From Octopus vulgaris (taxonomy: Eukaryota), in the NCBI GenBank assembly GCA_951406725.2, contig OX597826.1, positions 39,060,001 through 39,124,000 on the forward strand: 64,000 nucleotides of DNA. The letters run 5' to 3'. How positions within the stretch are numbered: position 1 is the first letter of the stretch; each line of letters opens with the position of its first letter. The notes beneath the pieces were generated by a model. That model worked only from the letters and a program-made list of their open reading frames with translations, was not told where the DNA came from and did no database searches. A program made the translations under genes and the position numbers. Below are positions 57,709 through 64,000 of the stretch, in pieces.

Positions 57709-58770
57709 CATACAGACGTATGCATGTATGTAAAGAAGGAAAAGATTAAAAGAAAATGTTTGATTGCTTCAGCTCTGAAATAGAATGTGAAGCATTTTTG
57801 AGTGTTTGTTACCACACATATATGTATAACATATGAATGGTAACAAAATAAACATAACTTTACAAAATAAATGGCACATGTAAAATCAAAGTATACAAAG
57901 ATTATAAATAGAGCAAAATATAAGAAAGGCAGAAATATATAAATCACAGACAAAATACACAAATATTATATACTCATACACAGCACACTACGATCATCAT
58001 CATTTAACATGCCCTAGTTTCTTGGATTGTAAATATTCCATCTTGAAATCATAATTCAATAATGTAGTGCCCCCTTGCTGGAGTCTATTAGCTCTGTGTG
58101 TTGGCATATTGCCTGATGATTGGAAGGGTACTTTTAAATGGGCCAATTATGCGACACTGGCATTGGCCATGGCTATGATCTCACTTGGCTTGCCAGGTCT
58201 TCTCAAGCACAGCATATCTTCAAAGGTTTCAGTCACTTGTCATTACCTCTATGAGGCCCAATGTTCAAAGGTTGTGCTTCACCACCTCATCCCCTGAATC
58301 TACCACTTCCACAGGTTCCCTCCACTGTTAGGGTGTGACACATCTTCACACAGCTGACCTCATCCTTATGCACACCAGGTCTGATGCTTCTTTATGTTCA
58401 ACTTTTCTCTCAGGGCGCTTACACTTTATCGTGTATGCACACTGACACTAAACATCCGGTAGAGCATACTAGCTTCATTTCTTTCAACCCTACGCATGTC
58501 CTTAGCAGTCACAGCCCATGTTTCACTGCTGTGAAATGAGATGAAAGGGGAGAGAAAAAGGAAAGAAGAAAGAAAGAAGGGGAGAGAGAGAGAAGAGGAG
58601 AGAGAAGGTAAAAGTCAACTGACCATTGGAGTGCCATCATAATACGACAGAAAATTGCTGTCAATCACAAACCACCGGTTCTTGTAGCATTGTCTGGTAA
58701 TGGTCTTTTTGTTTTGAGAGCGTTTCTTCATGAAATCAGCGAGTAACTCACAATTGTTCTGCTGTGACAT
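261..58770 (-). CDS. TEC: Tec/Btk-family tyrosine kinase (Btk29A/TEC-like), partial gene: PH-Btk motif-SH3-SH2; kinase exons outside the window
   Basis: join(58770-58624,51527-51429,31457-31364,18585-18448,15749-15619,7773-7709,7550-7491,4728-4597,376-261). Phases chain in frame (0,0,1,1,0,2,2,2,1); all acceptors are YAG; donors are GT except one GC. Domain order is diagnostic of Tec kinases. Confidence 0.95.
1948..2170 (-). mobile_element. Short PLE-LTR-like repeat with degenerate minimal hammerhead
   Basis: Embedded in (TA)n; similar to 36720-37350; minus strand reads CTATAGAAGAGC-ATAG-GCTCGAAAC. Confidence 0.5.
2902..3957 (-). mobile_element. Penelope-like element remnant: RT thumb fragment between about 250-bp inverted repeats
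   Basis: ORFs 3423-3833 and 3190-3423 ([37 protein letters not shown]) look like a PLE RT C-terminus; arms about 2902-3160 and 3720-3957 are reverse complements. Confidence 0.7.
4597..4728 (-). CDS. TEC: Tec kinase exon 8, SH2 N-half
   Basis: ctcatag|(D)[43 protein letters not shown]+GA|gtaagt; FLVRES-like FMVRDS. Confidence 0.95.
4912..5165 (-). mobile_element. Non-autonomous RTE-tail retroposon with (TGA)n tail
   Basis: GGATGCCCTTCCTAACGCCAACC core; related copies at about 21324-21560, 41245-41540, 50875-50990 and 60810-61063 (opposite strand). Confidence 0.7.
5437..5518. repeat. 30-bp tandem repeat, about 2.7 copies
   Basis: Unit CAATGCTGTATGATGAATATATTTTCTCTA. Confidence 0.9.
5977..7260 (-). 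mobile_element. Tc1/mariner superfamily (maT/DD37D-like) transposon, decayed
   Basis: TA|CAGGGTGTGTAAGATGTTTGAGGACA with degenerate inverted end near 7260; fragments [38 protein letters not shown] with stops and frameshifts. Confidence 0.85.
7491..7550 (-). CDS. TEC: Tec kinase exon 7, SH3 end
   Basis: ctcacag|(G)[19 protein letters not shown]+GA|gtaaga; GYIPSNYV motif. Confidence 0.95.
7603..7688. repeat. (GA)n microsatellite in the 158-nt GC-AG intron
   Basis: About 43 GA units; reads as a (UC)n polypyrimidine run in the pre-mRNA. Confidence 0.95.
7709..7773 (-). CDS. TEC: Tec kinase exon 6, SH3 middle
   Basis: catgcag|[21 protein letters not shown]+GG|gcaagt; WW motif; GC donor. Confidence 0.9.
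7976..8373 (-). mobile_element. tRNA-derived CORE-type SINE, family 1
   Basis: A-box TGGCTGTGTAGT, B-box GGTTCAGTCCC, CCTTGGGCAAGTG core, internal (CA)n/(TA)n, AAAAGAGT-type tail; multiple copies in the window. Confidence 0.85.
8864..9083. mobile_element. TTAA-flanked MITE (piggyBac-type), family P2
   Basis: TTAA|CCCTTTAG...CTAAAGGG|TTAA; related copies at 17111-17308 and about 56830-57100. Confidence 0.8.
9460..9709 (-). mobile_element. 5'-truncated CR1-clade LINE 3' end
   Basis: Minus strand encodes [41 protein letters not shown], the typical CR1 ORF2 terminus, followed by a short-repeat tail. Confidence 0.75.
9948..10162. mobile_element. TTAA-flanked piggyBac-type MITE, family P1
   Basis: TTAA|CCCTTTCGTTAC...GTAACAAAAGGG|TTAA; inverted copy at 17839-18059. 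Confidence 0.88.
10271..10649 (-). mobile_element. CORE-type SINE, family 1
   Basis: Near full-length copy of the 7976-8373 family. Confidence 0.85.
12462..12860 (+). mobile_element. Non-autonomous Helitron, family A
   Basis: A|TC start, subterminal hairpin CCGAGCAACGCCAGG, end CTAA (CTAG in other copies), no TSD. Confidence 0.85.
15619..15749 (-). CDS. TEC: Tec kinase exon 5, linker and SH3 start
   Basis: tttttcag|(E)[43 protein letters not shown]|gtaaga; ALYDY-type motif (AIYDY). Confidence 0.92.
16233..16531 (-). mobile_element. PLE-like remnant: about 56-bp inverted repeats enclosing a hammerhead
   Basis: 16233-16288 is the reverse complement of 16476-16531; embedded in (TA)n. Confidence 0.6.
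16363..16423 (-). ncRNA. Type I hammerhead ribozyme motif (sense to Tec pre-mRNA)
   Basis: TTATCA-CTGAGGA-GGGGGAAATTC TTAT GAATTAACCCC-GAAA-TTGGGACCAA-TA-CGGTAA: intact core, stems II and III, stem I 5 of 6 bp. Confidence 0.7.
17839..18059. mobile_element. piggyBac-type MITE, family P1
   Basis: Perfect CCCTTTCGTTAC/GTAACGAAAGGG TIRs and TTAA TSD. Confidence 0.9.
18448..18585 (-). CDS. TEC: Tec kinase exon 4, Btk zinc-binding motif
   Basis: tttacag|(E)[45 protein letters not shown]|gtaagg; YHPG-W-CC-GC Btk motif. Not in the ORF track. Confidence 0.95.
20998..22589. mobile_element. Non-autonomous hAT element carrying nested retroelement pieces
   Basis: TIRs CAGGGCCGGCCTTA / TAAGGCCAGCCCTG; perfect 8-bp TSD CTTGTGCA (20990-20997, 22590-22597). 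Confidence 0.85.
21575..22330 (+). pseudogene. RTE-clade LINE reverse transcriptase fragment
   Basis: [54 protein letters not shown]; truncated at both ends. Confidence 0.9.
23920..25190 (+). mobile_element. R4/Dong-like non-LTR retrotransposon 3' part (RT end, CCHC finger, restriction-like endonuclease), decayed
   Basis: [28 protein letters not shown]; [13 protein letters not shown]; [17 protein letters not shown]; stops and frameshifts. Confidence 0.75.
26320..26580 (+). pseudogene. Degenerate Helitron Pif1-like helicase fragment
   Basis: [32 protein letters not shown]. Confidence 0.75.
27491..27940 (+). mobile_element. Helitron-like repeat, family C (5' part)
   Basis: TCTCTTATTATAAAAGGCAGATTTTATCTGCC start; highly similar to about 44003-44250. 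Confidence 0.55.
27945..28265 (+). mobile_element. piggyBac left-end fragment
   Basis: CTCTTTCGTTACC TIR-like start shared with MITE P1; [17 protein letters not shown] acidic N-terminus typical of piggyBac-like transposases. Confidence 0.55.
28272..28668 (+). mobile_element. Non-autonomous Helitron, family A
   Basis: A|TC...CCCGAGCAACGCCAGG hairpin...CTAG|T. Confidence 0.88.
28669..29025 (+). mobile_element. Non-autonomous Helitron, family B
   Basis: 3' hairpin TGACCTGG-TGTTG-CCGGGTCA then CTAG|T; second copy at 45473-45817. Confidence 0.8.
29470..29538 (+). ncRNA. Type I hammerhead-like motif with U4C core change
   Basis: GCCAGATAA-CCGAAGA-GATG..GTGGATTCCAC..CATC(C)-GAAA-CTCAGAG-TT-TTATCTTGGC; 9-bp stem I with one bulge. 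Confidence 0.6.
30281..30477. mobile_element. hAT (Charlie-like) MITE
   Basis: CAGTGGTTTTCAACC / GGTTGAAAAGCACTG TIRs; perfect 8-bp TSD GTCTAAGG. Confidence 0.9.
31364..31457 (-). CDS. TEC: Tec kinase exon 3, PH domain C-terminus
   Basis: tttacag|[31 protein letters not shown]+G|gtatgt; conserved PH terminal-helix Trp. Confidence 0.92.
31591..32006 (-). mobile_element. CORE-type SINE, family 1, full length
   Basis: Head AGGCGCAGGAGTGGCTGTGTGGT through AAAGAGT tail. Confidence 0.88.
33600..35190 (-). mobile_element. Penelope-like retroelement, decayed RT with internally deleted GIY-YIG
   Basis: [16 protein letters not shown]; [24 protein letters not shown]; [18 protein letters not shown]; [11 protein letters not shown]; terminal [11 protein letters not shown]. 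Confidence 0.85.
36720..37350 (-). mobile_element. PLE-LTR-like dimeric repeat with two degenerate minimal hammerheads, interrupted by a SINE
   Basis: Two related units; minus strand CTGACGTAGATCTCCACTCGAAACGTAAAA (about 37060-37092) and CTGACAAAGAGCTTTGCTTGAAATGTAAA (about 37268-37300). Confidence 0.55.
36769..37003 (-). mobile_element. tRNA-derived SINE, family 2 (Meta-domain-like), full length
   Basis: GTCGACTTTGCCTTTCATCCTTTC.GGGTCGATAAA..AGTACCAG domain; 17-bp TSD GACGTGGAACAAATATA (36752-36768, 37004-37020). Other copies at 55935-56160, 38470-38663, 63913-64000, about 18630-18850. Confidence 0.88.
38845..39342 (+). mobile_element. Non-autonomous Helitron, family A, with one extra internal repeat unit
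   Basis: TC start, hairpin plus CTAG|T end; three CTACGATGAGTC..GGAAGTAACTC-type units instead of two. Confidence 0.88.
40295..40510. mobile_element. mariner-derived MITE (same family as 58974-59190, inverted)
   Basis: TA|CAAGGGGATGCTGAAATGTTCCTAGC..GCCAGGAATTTTTCAGCACC. Confidence 0.7.
40731..40940. repeat. Degenerate 21-bp minisatellite, about 10 units
   Basis: Recurrent ATAG(C/T)CAGAAC(A/T)AAGGAAGTC-like unit. Confidence 0.7.
41735..42060 (-). mobile_element. tRNA(Arg)-like SINE, family 3 (octopus OR-type candidate)
   Basis: TGGCTCAGTGGTTAGAGC..CTTACGATC..GAGCTCGAATCCC head, CTTGAGCAAGACACTT core; second copy at 53730-54037. Confidence 0.8.
42066..42552. repeat. Compound (TA)n/(CA)n/(TACA)n microsatellite
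   Basis: Direct inspection; similar tracts at 5765-5975, 37625-38030 and 48910-49465. Confidence 0.95.
44300..44962 (+). mobile_element. piggyBac fragment: transposase piece plus right TIR
   Basis: [25 protein letters not shown]; ends GTAACGAAAGGG|TTAA. Confidence 0.7.
45075..45817 (+). mobile_element. Helitron family A (45075-45472) abutting Helitron family B (45473-45817)
   Basis: Each ends in a hairpin plus CTAG|T; same arrangement as 28272-29025. Confidence 0.85.
46358..47050 (-). pseudogene. Helitron RepHel Pif1-type helicase C-terminal fragment
   Basis: ILSPKN..INE; YLSADS; [22 protein letters not shown]; [31 protein letters not shown]; NIVYHEVL*. Confidence 0.9.
47972..48580. mobile_element. 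Long-TIR fold-back MITE
   Basis: GGATCTTTACC...GGTAAAGATCC, arms about 280 bp, flanks (G/A)AAAGAGC as 7-8 bp TSD, TTAGGG-like spacer. Confidence 0.88.
51429..51527 (-). CDS. TEC: Tec kinase exon 2, PH domain
   Basis: catacag|[33 protein letters not shown]|gtaagt, 99 nt; resembles BTK GSKKGSIDVEKITCVETV. Confidence 0.92.
52047..53282 (-). mobile_element. mariner (DD34D-type) transposon, full length but decayed
   Basis: TA-flanked TIRs (CAAGGGGTATTGAATAAAG / CTTTAATGAACACCCCTCA); [22 protein letters not shown]; [10 protein letters not shown]; LLQDNTPVH; LPHPPY. Confidence 0.9.
53730..54037 (+). mobile_element. tRNA(Arg)-like SINE, family 3
   Basis: TAGCTCAGTGG A-box, GTTCGAATCC B-box, (CAA)n-like tail. 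Confidence 0.85.
54254..54677 (+). mobile_element. CORE-type SINE, family 1, full length
   Basis: Reverse complement of the 31591-32006 family; (AAAAGAGT)n tail. Confidence 0.88.
54900..55014. repeat. About 115-bp near-perfect palindrome (small MITE or hairpin)
   Basis: TATAGTGGTCGTAAACTGTCAACTCAATGTGACAGTCCC ... GGGACTGTCACATTGAGTTGACAGTATACGACCACTATA. Confidence 0.9.
55935..56160 (+). mobile_element. SINE family 2
   Basis: Reverse complement of 36769-37003. Confidence 0.85.
57990..58535 (-). mobile_element. RTE-clade LINE 3' fragment
   Basis: Minus strand [27 protein letters not shown], then (TGA)n-type tail. Confidence 0.65.
58624..58770 (-). CDS. TEC: Tec kinase coding exon 1, PH domain N-terminus
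   Basis: [49 protein letters not shown] resembles the BTK N-terminus (LKRSQQKK..NFKKRLF..LSYY). ATG context CAACATG; donor ATG|GTCAGT. Probable acceptor ttacag before 58888 gives a 5'UTR portion. Confidence 0.92.
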
Positions 58771-58973
58771 GTTGGGACCAAGGACAACATCAGACAAGCT
58801 TGGATTATCTCCTTAAAATTTTTTTAATTTTCTGTTTTACTCCAAGGAAGACTCCATTTAAAACTGGTACCGTAGCCTCGTCACAGCTCTGTAATTAGAA
58901 ACATACAAATATATACATACTAAAAATTTATATCTAGATATAAAATATATAGATCATCTCTGTCTGTCACATA

Positions 58974-59190
58974 CAAGGGGGTGCTGAAAAGTTCCTGGCT
59001 TTAAGGATTTTGTGAAAAGCTTGATTGGAGGCCTAACCTCCCGAGTTCTTTTACAGGGCTTAGAAGAACTGAAGGACCACTGCATTAAGTGTACGAATCT
59101 GAGAGAGGAATATGTTGAATAAAATCATAATTAACTGATCCTCCTGTATTTTTTAAATTCCCAAACCAGGAACTTTTCAGCACCCTTTTG
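58974..59190. mobile_element. mariner-derived MITE
   Basis: TA|CAAGGGGGTGCTGAAAAGTTCCTGG ... CCAGGAACTTTTCAGCACCCTTTTG|TA. Confidence 0.88.
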
Positions 59191-61242
59191 TATATAACAT
59201 ACACCCCCCCACAACACACATATTGTATATGTCTTATAACATATATATACACACATATAATGAAGACGCTGCATCTTATGGAAGAGATAACAAAAGACAG
59301 TATTTATTGATGATATGCAGTACTCTAGAAGACCTGTCATCCATGCCAATGTATACTCTAACTCAAGGATAATGTTTAGAGATTCAAATATTTGTACCTT
59401 GCCTGGGTTACATTTTCTGTCCCCTCATTTTACACTCTTGACCTCTCCTCCCTTGTATCTATTGCTCAATGCCTTTCTCACCCATCTCTCCATCTTCTCA
59501 TCATTCACAACCCTCCATCTCCCAACCACCAGTGCTGACTGTACCATTTTCATTACTCTCTTCATCTGCCCTTCAGCACTCTAATATATAAGGGACTACA
59601 TTAGGTCACCATCATCCCCTTTCCCATCCAATATATTCACACGTTTGGGTGCTATGCTGCCAGCCACTGCTATTGCAACACCCACATATCTTATACCTCT
59701 TGTTAATCAGAAATAGAACAAAAATGAAAATGAGATTTTGTCATATTTATAGAAAATAATGTTACAAATTGAGTCCCAGGTAGGGATACCCTTGGTCTAA
59801 TTGCTTACACCAACCCCAATATTTCCTTATTTTATTGACTTTGGAAGTATAAAAGGCAAAGTGGAGCTAAATGGAATTTAAGCACATAATGCAAAACAAA
59901 TACCACAAGGTATTTTGTTCAGAATTCTATCAATTCTGCCTTCCTGGGTTTAATCTCACTCCATGATGTTTTGAGCAAGTGTCTTTCACTACATTCCTGG
60001 GCTAACCAATGCCTTTCAGTGCAATTTGATAGGAAGTGTGGAAAAACCAAGCATTATATACATACATGCATGTATGCATGCAGTCAGACAGATATAGATA
60101 TTGCAGACACTGGCAGGATAATCTGTCAGCTCCAGTAGTTGATCCTCTCAAAAAAAAGGAGAGGTTGGTAAAAATGACAAATTTGCTATTTTCAATTTGG
60201 ATTTTGTGCCTAGAATGTTGGGTAATGATTAAAAAAGTATGATTGTGCATACAAATGGTCAAAATGGAGTGATGTTATCCAGCAAGGTTCAAAACATGTG
60301 AGATCAGGGAATCTCTCCAAGTTGAACTGCTACTTCTCCACATTGACAGATCACAACTTTGGTACTATGGACATGTGATGAGAATGACACAGGATTCTTC
60401 AAGCCAAGCCAACCAACAGGAGACCTAGAGGTAGATCGCAAATGAGACGGTTGGATAATATCCATAGTCTCAGTCACTTATGCTTGGGAATCCAGCTGGG
60501 AAATGTAATGACAGTTGCAGCTGATAGAATCCAATAGAAGTACCTGAGGACTCTAATAGTGGGTAGAGAAAATGGATGGACACGAACACACAATATATTT
60601 GTGTGTGAATATATATATATATAAAATATGAATTAGAGATAAAACCACTATTATGCAACTCAAAGAGTGATAGACATAAACCAATACATAAATAAGAAAT
60701 AATATATATAAATATATAATATATATATATATATATTTTCCAAAAAGTATAGAATGAATGATAAATATAATATAATTATATTATATTCATCATTCATTTT
60801 ATACTTTTTGGGTCTCCGTGCTGGTGGCACATAAAAAGCACCATCCAACCATGGCTGTTTGCCAGCCCTGTCTGGCACCTGTGCCGGTGGCACGTAAAAA
60901 GCACCCACTACACTCACGGAGTGGTTGGCGTTAGGAAGGGCATCCAGCCGTAGAAACATTGCCAGATCAGACTGGGCCTGGTGCAGCCTTCTGGCTTCCC
61001 AGACCCCAGTTGAACCGTCCAACCCATGCTAGCATGGAAAGCGGACGCTAAATGATGATGATGATATATATATATATATATTATTTGTTATTTATGTATT
61101 GGTTTATGTCTATCACTGTTTGAGTTGCATAATAGTGGTTTTATCTATAATTCATATTTTATATTTTATATATTTATACTGTGAAATTTGATTTAATACT
61201 AAATCGAATTTTTCCCTGTAAGTTTGGAGTTATACTCCCTAA

Positions 61243-61287
<45 letters not shown>

Positions 61288-61894
61288 TTACATATGCATT
61301 GATGTATACTGTGTCCATGTTTACACTGATTAAAAACTGTTGTGTTTATGTTATGTTGTTATGTATCTTTATCTTCCATCACTTAGCAGTTTGATAAAAA
61401 GACATTGATAACATGTGTTAGATGCCAGACTGAAAGAAAAGTACTGGGAGTCAATATGAATAGCTAAAGCCTTGAAGGTGGTGCCACAATATGACCAGTT
61501 TAATGACTGAAACCAATAAAGGAATAAAGGAGTGTGATAATGTAAACCGGTATAGAGTATAAGAATTAATTCTTTATATGAAAGTATGACTGACATCAAA
61601 GTTTACAGCTATGAAAGTGAACATGCAGGTGTAATGAAGGAAGAATCGCTATTTTAAATTAATGGGATCTTATTAGTTTACATATGGTTAGAACAGACAT
61701 ATCTTTTCTTCATAAAACGACTTATAGACAAAGTTTGTATCAGGAATAAATCAAGTCATATGTGATTCAGAAATTTATGTTTGACGGAAACTCCTTATCA
61801 CATGCACACACATGCATGAACACACACACAAACAACAAACTCAAAAGTATTCTAAAGACACAATTTCAATATAAATGAAATAAAATAGAGCAGC

Positions 61895-62149
61895 AATAAA
61901 GCTACAATTTGTTTGATGCACAAGGAAGGAGTTTGAGATGATGTCTGTGATGAATTATGAATAAAGCTACAATTTGTTTGATGTACAAGGAAGGAGTTTC
62001 AGATGATGTCTGTGATGAATTATGAATAAAGTTACAATTTGTTTGATGTACAAGGAAGGAGTTTCAGATGATGTCTATGATGAATTATGAATAAAGCTAC
62101 AATTTGTTTGATGAACAAGGAAGGAGTTTGAGATGATGTCTGTGATGAA
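61895..62149. repeat. 65-bp tandem repeat, about 3.9 copies
   Basis: Units start at 61895, 61960, 62025 and 62090 (AATAAAGCTACAATTTGTTTGATG..CTGTGATGAATTATG). Confidence 0.95.
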
Positions 62150-62734
62150 CTCTGAGAGCTTGTATTCTGCAATAGAAAACAAGAAACAGATTTCTAAAGT
62201 TATATACTGTGTTACAACTTACATTGAACATACAAAATGCTTTAGATGCTTTTAGCCATCATGAACAAAACTATATTGGGACACCAACACTTTGTAGTTG
62301 AGATGCTGTGTTTTATGTAGTATCAAATAGTGTGACTAAAGAATTAAGATAACATCATTACAACAAAAGAAAACTGAGAGTTTGTTCATTCACTCATTTC
62401 ATTGTCCATTTGTTTCACTAGCCTTTACTTGCTTTTCAAGTAAGAGATCTCTTATTTCATACTTCATTTCTTCTTATTTCATATGTCATTTCTTCGAAAG
62501 TGTAGAAGTTAATGATTTCTTGACAGAAGTAACAACATCACTCATAACTTCCAAAGTGCAAATACAAGCAAATACATACACAAACAATGGGTTTCTCTAC
62601 CAAATTCAAGCTCACTCACAAAGCTTTGGTCAGCAGGAGGCTATAGTACAATATAAAGGTCCAAGATGTTATGCAGGGAAACTGAAGTGAAACCTGAAGT
62701 CACACAGTTGAAAGAATTCCTTAACCGTGTGACA

Positions 62735-63088
62735 AGAAGTGTACTTCCCCACCTCATGGTTCTGGGTTCAGTCCCACTGCGTGGCAACTTAGGCAAGTGT
62801 TCTCGGGCTGACCAAAGCCTTGTGAGTGGATTTGGTAGATGAAAACTGAAAAAAAACCCATCATATGTGTGTGTGTGTATGTGTTTGTTCTCCACCATCA
62901 CTTGACATCTGGTGCTTGTATTTACGTCCCTGTAACTTAGTGGTTTAGCAAAAGAGATCAATAGAATAAGTACCAGGCTTAAAAAATGAAGTAAGTTCTG
63001 AGGTCGATTCATTTGACTAAAAATTCTTCAAGACGTACCCCAGCATGGCTGCAGTCTAATGACTGAAACAAGTAAAAAGTAAAAAAAG
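62735..63088 (+). mobile_element. CORE-type SINE, family 1, diverged
   Basis: GGTTCAGTCCCACTGCGTGGC head through GACTGAAACAAGTAAAA tail. Confidence 0.75.
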
Positions 63089-63131
63089 TTTAAAAAAATA
63101 CAGCCACGTCTATACTAAATAAATAACTTTT

Positions 63132-63162
<31 letters not shown>

Positions 63163-63517
63163 GCAGGCACACACTCTTTTATGAATAAAAAACAGTTTTG
63201 TTTTTGTAATGTTAAAACTATGACTAATTTCATTGACACACTCACATACACACACAGGTTGCAGTAGTTTGCTAGTATAACAGATATGATTGGTGGGCTA
63301 GTAAGGGGGCTAGTACTGGCGGCAGCAGCAGCAGCAGTAGCACAGCAATAGTACAAGTGTTATAGTAGTAGTAGTAGTTATAGTTAGTGGTATGTGTTGG
63401 GTGTATGAACTAATAATAGGTATGGTAGTATACAGACTGAAAGAAAAAGATGTATGTGTGTTTATTAAATACATACATATACATATATAAAGAGGAAGAG
63501 AGAGGGGGAGAGCTGAT

Positions 63518-63563
<46 letters not shown>

Positions 63564-64000
63564 CTGTGTGTGTGTGTGTGTGTGACTGTGTGTATGCAAG
63601 TGTCTTAATTTAGCTTCAGGCTACAACAGGTTGTAATAGTGTAGTTGTTGGGACATGAGTGCATTCATGTATAAATGTTGAGAGTATTGAGTATTTGAGG
63701 AAGAGGATAGAACATCTGTGACCTTTGTACGACCTGATCACCTCCTGCTTAAACTATTGAGAGGGTAGTAGGGTAGGGGAGATGGGTAGAAGATACTGAG
63801 AAAGGAAAGTGTCTACTGAGCCAGTGGTTGTTATATACTGATATTGTCTAGCCCTATGTCAGCCCTGATTGAATAGACATATGATCAAAGCATTCCAGTG
63901 GTAATCATACCTATTTCTTTACTACCCACAAGGAGCTAAACACAGAAGGGACAAATAAGGACAGACAAACGGATTAAGTCGATTACATTGACCCCAGTGC

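Noticed and set aside
58771-58797. N-terminal extension MSDVVLGPN in the ORF track
   Set aside because: Starts at TTG; the first in-frame ATG is 58770 and an in-frame stop lies just upstream.
61895-62149. Possible CRISPR array or C/D snoRNA cluster
   Set aside because: Head-to-tail units with no unique spacers, eukaryotic context, no paired C/D boxes with terminal stems.

Overview
AT-rich, microsatellite-dense eukaryotic genomic DNA. The SINE families, (TA)n/(CA)n load and Helitron/Penelope content suggest an octopus or other coleoid cephalopod; this is inference, not a database match. The window holds the 5' part of one minus-strand gene, a Tec/Btk-family non-receptor tyrosine kinase. Nine coding exons (58770 down to 261, 982 nt, about 327 aa) splice in frame to give PH, Btk zinc motif, SH3 and SH2; the kinase exons lie beyond position 1. 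The introns contain three tRNA-derived SINE families, RTE/CR1/R4-type LINE fragments, Penelope-like elements (PLEs), mariner and maT transposons, hAT and piggyBac-type MITEs, and Helitrons. Most notable: several hammerhead-ribozyme motifs in PLE-like intronic repeats (one near-intact on the gene's sense strand, plus core variants), a required GC-AG intron, a candidate 33-nt cassette exon after the SH2, a Helitron/piggyBac composite occurring twice, and many long inverted repeats that could form dsRNA in the pre-mRNA. Nearly all other ORFs in the supplied track are microsatellite or repeat artefacts.
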